Source: a virus. Taken from it: a stretch of 64,000 nt of DNA. A model generated the notes under the pieces. The model did no database searches, had not been told where the DNA came from, and saw only the letters and a list, made by a program, of their open reading frames with translations. The DNA is taken from positions 7,502 to 71,501 of IMG/VR virus record IMGVR_UViG_3300043446_001855; one strand, written 5' to 3'. This document shows positions 30,226 to 39,401 of the stretch, piece by piece; the first letter of the stretch is position 1; each line of letters starts with the position of its first letter. Both the position numbers and the translations under genes were made by a program.

Positions 30226-31839
30226 CTATGAGGCAATGACATCACCGATGAGAACCCATTCATCTGTGTTAATCTTAAGTAGTGTGGCACTAGAGTATTG
30301 GGTTCTGATATACGATCCGTCTGTCGTTCTTAAAGTAACGCCCGTGTCGCCGACAACCTGCACTGTGGATCCGCCGACACGAAGGATCTGAATCTGACAG
30401 CCGACTGGAAAGGCCACCGACGAGTTCGCAGGTATTGTCGCAGTCATTGATGAACTGTTATTAAACTGGATCAATACATTATCTGCATCGGTCAACACAA
30501 AGGTGTAGTTCGAACCGACACTAATGGTGTTAAACGAGAGGTTCTTCACATCACTGTTAAGTTTTGCGTATGTGACCGCTCCGGAAACAATCTGTGTTGA
30601 GTTTACGACATTGCTTGCGAGTGTCGGATTCGGATATGTACCCGTTAGAGAGCCACCGGCAGAGCCCGTTGGGGTTCTTGAATCGGTGAGTCTTGAGTCA
30701 CTAGAACTCACAGCGTCAGTAATACCGTAGCCCGAGAGAGTCGTCGGATTAGTTCCTGCGGTGACACGACCATAGGTATCAACGGTAACCGACTTGTAGG
30801 TACCTGTTGAACCGATAACACCTGAGGCTAGATCTATCGTCGGATTGCCCGATATGCCGTCACCATTTGCAATTGTGATTCTGGCAGAACTGGCAGTTGC
30901 AATACTGGCCGTCGTGGCTGTGCCCGAACCGCTTCGAACAATAAGACCTGTCGTAGACAAACCTGCGACAGCGGTGAGATCCGAATCAAGCGGCTGACCG
31001 TCAACGATACCGAATCCCGATAGAGTTGTTGGGTTCGTGCCACCCGTGACACGGCCTTTTGCATCAACAGTTACTGACTTATAAGTGCCAGCAGAAACAC
31101 CTGTGACGTTCAGCGCTGGATTGGGATATGTTCCGGTTAAATCGTAAGTGGGATAGGAGCCACCAACCGAACCGCTAGGCGTTCTTGAGTCTGTGAGTCT
31201 TGAGTCTGTCGTGATGACGACAGCAGATCCACCACTTGTTATTGCGCCGCTTACCGCAAGCGTTCCGGTGATGACCGTATTAGCAACAACACCGAGAGCA
31301 CCGACACCGGTTCTCTCAATGTAGGAGTCAACTGCTGCGGAACCAGACCCCCAAGAGATTCTTCCGTCTGCTCGAACAGCAAGCCTATTAACTGTGTCAA
31401 CATCAAGTTTGGATTGGAAGGCAATATCCGTGACAGCGCCACCCGTCAGGGTTTTAAACGAGAAGGGATAGTTGCCCTCAAGCACAGCGGATGCGGCTGG
31501 TCTGTAAAGGTTTGTATCTCCGCCAATGCGAAGACCGTAAGTGTCGCCCTGCGAACTCAGAGATAGTTTCTGAGCCGTCTCAAGGGTTCCGCCGGAACCT
31601 CGTGTAAGGAACACGTCAGTTGAGCCGACAGCAGGGGCAAACCCTAACTTGCCGTCCTTGACTTGAAGGGCCGTGCCCGCAGACGATGCCGGGGTCAGGG
31701 TTAGAGTTGTGCCCGTCGTGCCAAGAAGCACGTTGGATATAGATACGATTTCATCCCAAGCGTCATCGACGTGCAGATCATCAATGAGACCGCCCGCTAC
31801 AATGGATGGCTTGGTTGCAGTGCTGGATGGGAAAGCCAT
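30226..31839 (-). CDS. tail fibre protein with internal repeats
   Basis: Duplicated GTYKSVTVD.KGRVT.GTNPTTLSG and DSRLTDSRTP/LTGTYPNP repeats; W.L.GD end. Confidence 0.8.
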   Translation of the reverse strand: MAFPSSTATKPSIVAGGLIDDLHVDDAWDEIVSISNVLLGTTGTTLTLTPASSAGTALQVKDGKLGFAPAVGSTDVFLTRGSGGTLETAQKLSLSSQGDTYGLRIGGDTNLYRPAASAVLEGNYPFSFKTLTGGAVTDIAFQSKLDVDTVNRLAVRADGRISWGSGSAAVDSYIERTGVGALGVVANTVITGTLAVSGAITSGGSAVVITTDSRLTDSRTPSGSVGGSYPTYDLTGTYPNPALNVTGVSAGTYKSVTVDAKGRVTGGTNPTTLSGFGIVDGQPLDSDLTAVAGLSTTGLIVRSGSGTATTASIATASSARITIANGDGISGNPTIDLASGVIGSTGTYKSVTVDTYGRVTAGTNPTTLSGYGITDAVSSSDSRLTDSRTPTGSAGGSLTGTYPNPTLASNVVNSTQIVSGAVTYAKLNSDVKNLSFNTISVGSNYTFVLTDADNVLIQFNNSSSMTATIPANSSVAFPVGCQIQILRVGGSTVQVVGDTGVTLRTTDGSYIRTQYSSATLLKINTDEWVLIGDVIAS

Positions 31840-31844
31840 GTGAC

Positions 31845-32207
31845 CTACCCGACTACTTCGACAACCGCCGTCGCTGTTACATTGGCAGTACTAGTCACAC
31901 GAATGAACTTCGGTATGAAGGGTGACAAGTCGATTGTCGCGCTTCCCGCCGAAGCAAAAGTGATTACGAATGGTCCGCTGCCATCTTTTTTATACAGGGT
32001 GTGAGCGTCAGCACTGTCAGGCAGTGTGTTAAACCCAACCGATCCATCAGAGGGTGCGCACTCAAAACCGATTGTTGTCGCACCGCTGACCTTGATGTGA
32101 ACAGCGACATCCGTTTGTGCGCCAACCACGGTGTAACGAGACGCGCCGTTAACCCCGGTCGATTCCTCATCCCATATGGTTTCTACGCCACGATTAAGAA
32201 CAGCCAT
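31845..32207 (-). CDS. hypothetical structural protein
   Basis: 120 aa, beta-rich. Confidence 0.5.
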   Translation of the reverse strand: MAVLNRGVETIWDEESTGVNGASRYTVVGAQTDVAVHIKVSGATTIGFECAPSDGSVGFNTLPDSADAHTLYKKDGSGPFVITFASAGSATIDLSPFIPKFIRVTSTANVTATAVVEVVG

Positions 32208-32261
32208 TTACCTTATCCTTCTAGGGTTCACTACTTACATGAAAGGAAAGACCAAAAACTA

Positions 32262-32303
32262 CAGCCCCCGCATCCAAACCGTCCGGAGAGGGTGCGGGGG
32301 CTG
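32262..32303 (-). terminator. GC-rich hairpin / terminator
   Basis: CAGCCCCCGCA...TGCGGGGGCTG followed by TAGTTTTT on the minus strand. Confidence 0.6.
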
Positions 32304-32316
32304 AAGGCGAAACAAT

Positions 32317-32427
32317 TTATTTAAAGATGAACCAGAGTTTCTTCTTGAGGTTCATCGGTCGATGTAGACGCTTCAGATCTTTTTCTTTCGCCTCGTAGCG
32401 AATCTGCATATTGTGATGACTATGCAT
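32317..32427 (-). CDS. small basic peptide (36 aa)
   Basis: TGATG-coupled to the upstream gene; MHSHHNMQIRYEAKEKDLKRLHRPMNLKKKLWFIFK. Confidence 0.4.
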   Translation of the reverse strand: MHSHHNMQIRYEAKEKDLKRLHRPMNLKKKLWFIFK

Positions 32428-32861
32428 CAGTCTTCCGTAATGCTTAGAGCATAAGCGGAGAAACTTGCTGTGTCGCCAGTCGCAATAGGTTTTGCTGAGG
32501 TGAGGTCACCCCAGAAGAGGATGTTGCCAGCACTTGATGCATCGAGCAAGGCGAACTGATTAACAGTGCCCCATGATGCTGTTGCCGTTGTCCAAGTAAT
32601 GGCCGTACCGTTTTGCTTTAGACCTGTGGTCGAGCCTGATGCGTTCGGCCAGTTGGTCGTGTTGTTGGTGACAGACTGACGGGCATAAGCGGTGCCCGAT
32701 GTGCTTACCTCGGCTGTCGTTGAGCCCGTGGCGGCATCCGTAAGGGCACCGGCTGTTGTCCAAAGACCAACATAAACCGTAGCCGGAGCAGTGTAACCGG
32801 TATTGCCCAGAACATGATCAAGAACTTTCAAAGAAAGATAATTGGATTTTGACCCTGCCAT
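32427..32861 (-). CDS. phage fibre-associated structural protein
   Basis: SNYL...LDH, YARQSVT, WGTV..FAL.DA..GNILFWG.L pattern. Confidence 0.65.
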   Translation of the reverse strand: MAGSKSNYLSLKVLDHVLGNTGYTAPATVYVGLWTTAGALTDAATGSTTAEVSTSGTAYARQSVTNNTTNWPNASGSTTGLKQNGTAITWTTATASWGTVNQFALLDASSAGNILFWGDLTSAKPIATGDTASFSAYALSITED

Positions 32862-33034
32862 TACTTAAACTCCCATTGATTTGTTTCTTCGTTCCAGAAA
32901 ATTTCTGGCTGCTTGTCTATCTGTTCAACAGACATCGACGCATGAGTTTCTAAATCCTCAGGCATCGATACAAATTTCGTGCCCGTCCAACAGATTGGAC
33001 CAACAGTCTTTTGTTCGGACTTTTTCTTAACCAT
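32861..33034 (-). CDS. small hypothetical protein (57 aa)
   Basis: Coupled on both sides (TAATG); MVKKKSEQKTVGPICW...WEFK. Confidence 0.5.
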   Translation of the reverse strand: MVKKKSEQKTVGPICWTGTKFVSMPEDLETHASMSVEQIDKQPEIFWNEETNQWEFK

Positions 33035-33507
33035 TACGTCTGACGATAAGTGATTGTGATTCTCTCGGTATCGCCATTCGAGAAGTTGCGAGTGGCGGCA
33101 AGGTCTGCGCCGAAGAGGCAGTTGTCAGCGGCAGTCACACCAGTAAGAGCGACGAACCAAAGGGTCGCGCCATTAAGGTTTGGTGTGCCGGTGAATGTGA
33201 ACGTAACCTGCGGTGCGGTAGACTGATGCGAACCGGCCGATAGAGATGAGGCCGGCCAACCAGTAGAGCCAGAATCACGCGCAATGGCTTGACGAGAGTA
33301 ACCGGCTGCTGTGGTCTGACCGATCTCGGCAAGCGATGTGCTTGTTGACGTGCCGTTACCGACGGTCTTGTCGGAGCCAACGCCGCCTGTCTTCGCGCCC
33401 ATACCAACGTAAACGCTTGAACTCGGCACGTTGTTACCACTTGTGAAGCCACCCAGCCATGTGTTGATGAGGCTGGACTCTCCTCTGTTCCAAAGAATGT
33501 AAGCCAT
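33034..33507 (-). CDS. structural protein paralogous to 32427..32861
   Basis: GYSRQAI, VTFTFT and GDT motifs. Confidence 0.6.
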   Translation of the reverse strand: MAYILWNRGESSLINTWLGGFTSGNNVPSSSVYVGMGAKTGGVGSDKTVGNGTSTSTSLAEIGQTTAAGYSRQAIARDSGSTGWPASSLSAGSHQSTAPQVTFTFTGTPNLNGATLWFVALTGVTAADNCLFGADLAATRNFSNGDTERITITYRQT

Positions 33508-33547
33508 AGTTTGTGTTTTCTCCTAATGGTCTTTCAGGTATTATTTT

Positions 33548-34069
33548 TCAGTTAGTAGAAGATTTAATGTGCAAATCGAAAGTCGATGGCTTTAAGTTCT
33601 TTGGGTTGAGAACCTCACAGAGGCCACCTTGCTTGGTTCCATCGGTAAAGATTACCCACCATTTAAGTGGACGCAACCCCATAGAAATCTCTGTGCGATC
33701 CCAGTAGACCGTCTCCGCTAGTTGCGTTGGCCCCGGACCTAGATGTCCAGCACAGAATCCGGGGATCGGACCGTTGTAGTCTTTAGTGCTGACGACGTGC
33801 TGATTGATACCAATCTTCTCGCCGCGCATATCAAACTGCACCTCACGAACCCAGACTATCGGCTTCGCCTTACAGTCCAGACACCAGCACTCTTCCTGTC
33901 TGTCCTCTGATCTTAGAGACAGAAACTCATCGACCTTCTGCTGTGCAATCTTCCTTGATAGCGAGTGATCTTCCTTGTTCGCACCTATCTCAATGTCGGT
34001 ATAGGTGAACGAGCCATCGCTCTCGTGCTTCTCGTGAGGGAACTCCTCATCTGGTTCTCTATCGAGCAT
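33548..34069 (-). CDS. hypothetical protein
   Basis: 173 aa ORF. Confidence 0.5.
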   Translation of the reverse strand: MLDREPDEEFPHEKHESDGSFTYTDIEIGANKEDHSLSRKIAQQKVDEFLSLRSEDRQEECWCLDCKAKPIVWVREVQFDMRGEKIGINQHVVSTKDYNGPIPGFCAGHLGPGPTQLAETVYWDRTEISMGLRPLKWWVIFTDGTKQGGLCEVLNPKNLKPSTFDLHIKSSTN

Positions 34070-34072
34070 GGC

Positions 34073-35167
34073 CTAGATTATATCAAACTCATTTAAGATG
34101 ATGATAAGTTCGCTGTCCGGGTCAACTTCTTCCCAACCAGAGTCTTTTTTCACGACTTTGTCAACGAGTTTACGCATATGCTCTACTTCTTCCTCACCCT
34201 CGGCCTGCTTAGGCTTGCCCTGCATGTCACCAAGGCGGAGGGTCAGCATGTCGTACACACGCTCAGGGCTCCCCATGAGCGCTAGGAAGTCACGGGCTCC
34301 CTTCTTGTCATCAAAGTGCTCAAACATATGCGTCGTAATCATCAAACAGATCTCGGCAATGCTTTCATCGGAGAGACCGAAGCGGTCAAGGATGTCAACA
34401 GCCATCTCGCAACTGACCTTCTCATGATCGGCACCCTGTCCCTCGGGTCCTTTGCGGAAGCGAGTGATGCCGTTCTCGTCTACCCATACCGCCTTGGTCT
34501 TCCCCATGTCATGGATCAGAGCAGTCCAACGAAGGTCGGGATTGTTACTGTGCTTCGCAACATAATCAAGAGTCATCAGCAGGTGCGTGAACAACTCTGA
34601 GGATGTCTTCTTGTATCGCTGCCAGAAGCCAACTGTGTCCGCAAGTTCCGGGAAGATGTAACGCAGGATCTTAAGTTGAGAGGCGAGACGAAATGCAGCG
34701 GCAGGATTCTCTGACTCCATCACTGCCTGCATTGCTTTGCCAATCTCTTTGTCGCTGCACCCAACGAGGTTCTTACCGAACTTGGTGACATCATGCATGT
34801 CATCCTCGTCAGGGATATGTTCGTTCATCGCACGGGCAACAAGCAGGCTGAGAATGTTCGCCGGGTCTGAGAAGGGACTGTCGATGGCGGCAGTCCTCGG
34901 CTTCCTCATATGATCAGAGACGACATCGTATACCGTGTTTCGATTGCCTTGGCACTCTTGGAATCGAATGCGGTTCATGTGGTTGATGTTTCCTCGGGCA
35001 AGCAGACAAGAGTCGCTCGGTGGTGCCGCAAGATTTGCAGCCCAGCAATTGATCTCCCGCTTCAACTCGGGAGCGATCTCCTGCAAAAGCAGGAAGTGAT
35101 GTTTGTCCCCGATGTTTACACGAGGCTCCCCATTAAACGGAATTACTGCAACCCAGTTCTCAGCCAT
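34073..35167 (-). CDS. HD-domain phosphohydrolase resembling the C-terminal half of CCA-adding enzymes
   Basis: DPANIL, ILRYIFPEL, LFTHL, ALIHDMGK, HEKVS and HM motifs; no GGxVRD/DxD nucleotidyltransferase head. Confidence 0.7.
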   Translation of the reverse strand: MAENWVAVIPFNGEPRVNIGDKHHFLLLQEIAPELKREINCWAANLAAPPSDSCLLARGNINHMNRIRFQECQGNRNTVYDVVSDHMRKPRTAAIDSPFSDPANILSLLVARAMNEHIPDEDDMHDVTKFGKNLVGCSDKEIGKAMQAVMESENPAAAFRLASQLKILRYIFPELADTVGFWQRYKKTSSELFTHLLMTLDYVAKHSNNPDLRWTALIHDMGKTKAVWVDENGITRFRKGPEGQGADHEKVSCEMAVDILDRFGLSDESIAEICLMITTHMFEHFDDKKGARDFLALMGSPERVYDMLTLRLGDMQGKPKQAEGEEEVEHMRKLVDKVVKKDSGWEEVDPDSELIIILNEFDII

Positions 35168-35193
35168 TCATCATTTAAGGTAGCGGTCGGAAT

Positions 35194-35224
35194 AAAAAGA
35201 GAGCCGCCCCGGAGGGCGGCTCTC
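35194..35224 (-). terminator. terminator separating middle from late genes
   Basis: GAGAGCCGCCC/GGGCGGCTCTC followed by TTTTTA. Confidence 0.8.
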
Positions 35225-35282
35225 AGAGGAGAGAGGGCGGGGCTGCGACGTGGCAGAAGCCCCTAGTTGTGATGGTGGGGAA

Positions 35283-36146
35283 TTATCTTTTTCGGACGTG
35301 CTTCTTGACCAACCCCTTGCCCTTCTTCTTCTTGGGCTTGGTGATGACCTTAGAGATCTTAGCAGATGCCGTAGAACTTGCAACTGCTGGAGCGAACGAA
35401 GTGGTGGTAGTCGGAACCGGTGACAAGGAAGACAGCACCATGAGAGGCGCACTTCGACCCGGAATATAGACAGCAGCACAGTCCGCACTGAGGTTACTCA
35501 GATAGGGGTGAGAGAAAACAAATGTCCAACTCAAGTCGCTGTTGTTGACATCAACGCTCTGAGTAAGAGAGCCGTCGATACCATCGACATTGAGGTTGGC
35601 GACTCTCGTATTACGATCAGGATCAAGGATTGTATCCGTCGTAGGAGTGGGAACAGTTGAGTAGTGTCCCGGAATGATCCGGATCCAGCGGTAGCCGCTG
35701 GCATCAATCCCATCGTAGCGCCAACCCACGCCGCTCGGCGATGCGCCGACAGCAGTGTGGATTAGTTCAACCGAATCTGGAATCCAGACTCTGGAATCGA
35801 CATCACGAAGGACGGTTGTATAGAGATTACGATGCGTTATCCCGACCGTCATTGAAGTAACGCAGGACGAACCAACAGTCCTGCCAATGTTGACAGTGAA
35901 CGCACCCGTGCTCGGGGCCTCAAAGAAATCAAGGCGCACCGAAAATGTCTTGCGTCTGTTATCGAACTGCACAAGCAGGGTGTCTACATCATTGGGATTG
36001 AATCCCGGAGTGAAGGACGGGGCAGTCGTCCGTTCAAACTGTCCGTTAATTACCCAATCACCATCGTAGGCAGAGGCGGGTGCCGACATGACACCCGCCA
36101 CAGCCACGACAGCGGTAGCAGACGCGATGAGTCTGCGAAGATTCAC
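35283..36146 (-). CDS. secreted protein with Thr/Ser linker and Lys-rich tail
   Basis: Signal peptide ...VMSAPASA; C-terminal KPKKKKGKG. Confidence 0.65.
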   Translation of the reverse strand: MNLRRLIASATAVVAVAGVMSAPASAYDGDWVINGQFERTTAPSFTPGFNPNDVDTLLVQFDNRRKTFSVRLDFFEAPSTGAFTVNIGRTVGSSCVTSMTVGITHRNLYTTVLRDVDSRVWIPDSVELIHTAVGASPSGVGWRYDGIDASGYRWIRIIPGHYSTVPTPTTDTILDPDRNTRVANLNVDGIDGSLTQSVDVNNSDLSWTFVFSHPYLSNLSADCAAVYIPGRSAPLMVLSSLSPVPTTTTSFAPAVASSTASAKISKVITKPKKKKGKGLVKKHVRKR

Positions 36147-36478
36147 TAGGAACCAATCTCCTTCTGGAGTTCCAGCAGGCGCTGAATCTTGCCGGAGGCA
36201 TCAGCCGACGAGCGGGTGGGCTCGAAGCCGCAGGCTCTCTGATAAGCACCGAAGGACTTGAAGTGCTTGATGATAGTCGCCGACGAGGGCCAGCAGGCAT
36301 CCTCGTTGAAGCGCTGGATCAGAATGTCCTTGTCGTTGCGCTTCGACTTACGCGCACCGTTCGGATAGAAGTGCGCCTGTGTCGGCACCTCTCCATACTT
36401 CTTATGATAGAGGCGACCAGCCTCAATAAGAAGATCCTGCGTCCATTCCGACGAGATCGTGGTCGTCTTGGTAGCCAT
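36146..36478 (-). CDS. homing-endonuclease-associated-repeat-like DNA-binding protein
   Basis: W...L......KYGEVPT, WPS..TI.KHF.SF....ACG pattern. Confidence 0.55.
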   Translation of the reverse strand: MATKTTTISSEWTQDLLIEAGRLYHKKYGEVPTQAHFYPNGARKSKRNDKDILIQRFNEDACWPSSATIIKHFKSFGAYQRACGFEPTRSSADASGKIQRLLELQKEIGS

Positions 36479-36488
36479 AGGTCCTCCT

Positions 36489-36843
36489 TTAGACCGTCAG
36501 AGCCTTGCGGAGATTGGTGACAATCTCCTCGTTCTTCTTGTTCTGCTGCTCAAGCAGATCAATCGTCTGAAGAGCCGACTGAAGAGAAGCGCGAATGACA
36601 TTGAGGTCAAGGCTGCTCTTCGGCTTCGTGGTCGTCTTCTTCGTGGTCGTCTTCTTGGGAGGCGCAGCGACGGCACCCTTCGCCCTACGAAGCATCTTGT
36701 AGTAGCCGACCTGAACAGTGCTAGCCGACTTCTTGTGAGCCTTGGCAACCTGATCGATAGCGGCACGAGTCGTCGTGCCCGGGTTGTCCTCAAGGTACTT
36801 CTTGACAGCGAGGTAGTCTCGCTCCTGCTTTCCGGTCTTCATG
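36489..36843 (-). CDS. basic DNA-binding-like protein with coiled coil
   Basis: SD GAAAGGAG; KKTTTKKTTTK segment. Confidence 0.5.
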
Positions 36844-36907
36844 GAGTTCTCCTTTCGCATGAAGTTAGATGACACTGAGAACCATAACACAGGTCCATCA
36901 CGATATG

Positions 36908-37303
36908 TCAAGCGGCAAGTGTTCCGCGCCTATGCTGACGATAATGCCGGTTGCAGAAACTTCCGGCATGCATAGATTCTTCGCAGCCATCGATAGAGCA
37001 GACTCTCTTCGGAACGATGAGGACAGGACAGTCCTCACTACTGAGTGAAAAGAATTCATCGTTATCGTACTCCGGGTAGAAGTCGATAAGGCTTCGTCCA
37101 CCCTCGTTCGTGATCATCGTGTCGATGTTCTTGAAGGACATGCTTTTCGAGCGACCGGAAAGAACCTCTCTGATTCTACGATCAGAGACACCACATCTGG
37201 AGGCGAATACCTCAATCGTTTCCTGCGCCGTCTTCTCCCTCAGCCAAGGGATAAGAGGGGCGACGGGAAGATACGGTGGAATCTTCTTTCCTGTACTCAA
37301 CAT
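36908..37303 (-). CDS. HTH protein with C-terminal Zn-finger
   Basis: FASRCGVSDRRI; CSIDGC...CNRHY. Confidence 0.55.
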   Translation of the reverse strand: MLSTGKKIPPYLPVAPLIPWLREKTAQETIEVFASRCGVSDRRIREVLSGRSKSMSFKNIDTMITNEGGRSLIDFYPEYDNDEFFSLSSEDCPVLIVPKRVCSIDGCEESMHAGSFCNRHYRQHRRGTLAA

Positions 37304-37320
37304 TCCTCCTTGGAAAATTA

Positions 37321-37395
37321 GTCCGCGAGGCAGGATTCGAACCTGCGACCTAGGGATTAGAAGTCCCTCGCTCTATCCACTGAGCCACTCGCGGA
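37321..37395 (-). tRNA. tRNA-Arg(TCT), no encoded CCA
   Basis: TCCGCGA acceptor, TGGCTCAGTGGATAGAGC D arm, AGGGA-CTTCTAA-TCCCT anticodon arm, GCAGG-TTCGAAT-CCTGC T arm. Confidence 0.92.
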
Positions 37396-37400
37396 GGTAT

Positions 37401-37940
37401 CTATAGCAGGTGATCGAGATCGAGGGGACCTACCTCTTGTCCACACTTTGTGCAGAGGAAGTTGCCCTCATCATCCTGAACGATATTAACGTGACGACAG
37501 TTCGTATTCACGCCTGTCGATCCGAACCCTTCTTCGCCCCGGTCGGTCGAACCAATAAGTTCGAACGCCGAACGGAGGGTGAAGGAATCCATCTTCTGAA
37601 AAAGTATCTGAGCGATGCGGTCGTGCTTCGCTACAGGAAACTCAGAGGCGGATGCGTTATAAAGGACCACCCCGATCTCTCCACGATAGCCGGGATCGAT
37701 CAGCCCCGGACTATTCAACACGAAGACTGAGGACTTGAGCGCCAGACCGGAGCGACTCAAGATGAGAGCGAGGACATCGCTCGGCAACTGTATTGCGATC
37801 CCCGTTTTGATTAGGCGGGTCGAATACGAGGCAATGACCGCCGGCTCTGCGGCATACAAATCAAATGCGGCATCACTGTCGTGAGCCTTCTTTGGGACAA
37901 TCGCATCGGGGGTCAGTTTGCGACACGGGATATCAGTCAT
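37401..37940 (-). CDS. dut: dUTPase with C-terminal Zn-ribbon extension
   Basis: AAFDL, SRSGLA, GLIDPGYRGE, RIAQ and RGEEGFGSTG motifs. Confidence 0.95.
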   Translation of the reverse strand: MTDIPCRKLTPDAIVPKKAHDSDAAFDLYAAEPAVIASYSTRLIKTGIAIQLPSDVLALILSRSGLALKSSVFVLNSPGLIDPGYRGEIGVVLYNASASEFPVAKHDRIAQILFQKMDSFTLRSAFELIGSTDRGEEGFGSTGVNTNCRHVNIVQDDEGNFLCTKCGQEVGPLDLDHLL

Positions 37941-38241
37941 CGAGACCGATCTTCCCATCCATCTCAACGACGATGTCATCATGGAGTTGTCTAAGAAGAT
38001 CTGTATCGCCGATACAATCTCTAGCGATGTCATCAAGATCAAGGACGCACTGGATCTTGTCACGAACATCCATCAGAACAGTCATGCATGCACTGACCAT
38101 CAGTTTCTGCTGGAGAAGCGAAAGCGGATCGTCCATATCCTCGCAGCATCTTATTCCTACAATGAATGCCTCTGAGAATGCCTCGGCTAGCATCACGGAT
38201 ATGTCGGATGCGAGGGCTGCGTTGCCGCTACTCTTGTTCAT
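37933..38241 (-). CDS. hypothetical protein
   Basis: SD AAGGAG before MNKSSG. Confidence 0.45.
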   Translation of the reverse strand: MNKSSGNAALASDISVMLAEAFSEAFIVGIRCCEDMDDPLSLLQQKLMVSACMTVLMDVRDKIQCVLDLDDIARDCIGDTDLLRQLHDDIVVEMDGKIGLDD

Positions 38242-38428
38242 GGGTCTCCTTCTGACAGCAGGTGTCCGCAAGGAGCCGTGAAGCATGAAGGTAGCCGCAG
38301 TCATAGCAGCGCCAGCATTTGACAAGAGGGTAGCGATCAGACGCACAACAGAATGCGGCGTCACCGATCTCTCGGTAGAACCGTCGACATTCGCGGCACT
38401 GATATGCAGATGTCTCTCTCGCCTTCAC
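38228..38428 (-). CDS. small Cys-rich Zn-binding protein
   Basis: Two CxxC...CC units. Confidence 0.5.
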   Translation of the reverse strand: MKARETSAYQCRECRRFYREIGDAAFCCASDRYPLVKCWRCYDCGYLHASRLLADTCCQKETHEQE

Positions 38429-38473
38429 TCCACTCCTTCCGTTCGCACACAGTAGCGGAGGTCAGGGAGATGT

Positions 38474-38821
38474 TCAACTATTAAAAAATCCGCCCGCTGA
38501 AGAGTAGTCCTTGTCGTCATCCATGAACCTGTAGATGACGGAGAACTCTTCCTCTGGACCGAATGTCCAGCCAGCAGGAACGGAAAGATCTAGCGCCCAG
38601 ACTAGATCCTCAAACAAAAACTCTTTGTTGTCTTCAGATGCGAACTCGATATTCTTGTAGACATCAGAGTATCCTTCTCTTATTCTGCTATGACGAGAAG
38701 GATCTAACTCTTTGAGTATCCCATCCATCTTGGTTATCGCGTCATCGATACCGTCACTGATATCTATCACGACAACTTCGTACTTATCTCCAAAGGCTGT
38801 CACCCTAGGAGATCTCCCCAC
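38474..38821 (-). CDS. hypothetical protein
   Basis: 115 aa ORF. Confidence 0.5.
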   Translation of the reverse strand: MGRSPRVTAFGDKYEVVVIDISDGIDDAITKMDGILKELDPSRHSRIREGYSDVYKNIEFASEDNKEFLFEDLVWALDLSVPAGWTFGPEEEFSVIYRFMDDDKDYSSAGGFFNS

Positions 38822-39231
38822 TTGTACTCCTCATGCTCTTCAAAGGCATCAATCATTCCTGTCAGATTGACACACTGAGCAGGAGAGTTGACCTTCCAAG
38901 TAAACATGTTCTTATTGTACTCATCAATGTGAGCATTGATTCGGATAGGAACTAGATACGAAGCACTCTTGACTTCGATGCTAGCCCAGATCTCATACAT
39001 CTGAACATCATCCACTTCGATAACACGACGCTGAAGAACTTTGACTGGAGTATCCCAGACAGCATCCTTGATGATGTTGATGTCAACATCAAACATTCCA
39101 CCGTCATTCCAAGCGTTGTTTGCCATCTTCATGAAATCGACAAAAGTAACTGATTCAAAATCAGTTTCATTGATGTCATCAACATCAAGATACGAAAGAT
39201 TATCAAGATTGATATCGTCGTCGTAAGTCAT
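38800..39231 (-). CDS. hypothetical acidic protein
   Basis: SD AAAGGAG before MTYDDD. Confidence 0.55.
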   Translation of the reverse strand: MTYDDDINLDNLSYLDVDDINETDFESVTFVDFMKMANNAWNDGGMFDVDINIIKDAVWDTPVKVLQRRVIEVDDVQMYEIWASIEVKSASYLVPIRINAHIDEYNKNMFTWKVNSPAQCVNLTGMIDAFEEHEEYKWGDLLG

Positions 39232-39270
39232 TGCAGTCTCCTTTACTTTATGAATGACCTTGGTTGAATA

Positions 39271-39397
39271 TAGTAGCCCCGGTTCCCACCCGGCTGTTCT
39301 GGTCAGCCTGCTACCCAACGTGTCGCGCACCCACGTTAGGACCCGACCCTCTAACGGCCTACGTCCCGGATGCGAACCGGGGACTACTATTATATCA
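39271..39397 (-). ncRNA. candidate multibranch structured RNA or leader with its own promoter
   Basis: Long closing helix plus three internal hairpins; TGATATAAT at 39389-39397. Confidence 0.5.
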
Positions 39398-39401
39398 GAA
39401 T

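Noticed and set aside
28156-31839. Possible diversity-generating retroelement or shufflon among the fibre paralogues
   Set aside because: No reverse transcriptase or invertase in the window, and no near-identical TR/VR pair seen
39271-39389. ydaO/c-di-AMP riboswitch (typical for rpf genes)
   Set aside because: Element is downstream of rpf and lacks the riboswitch consensus
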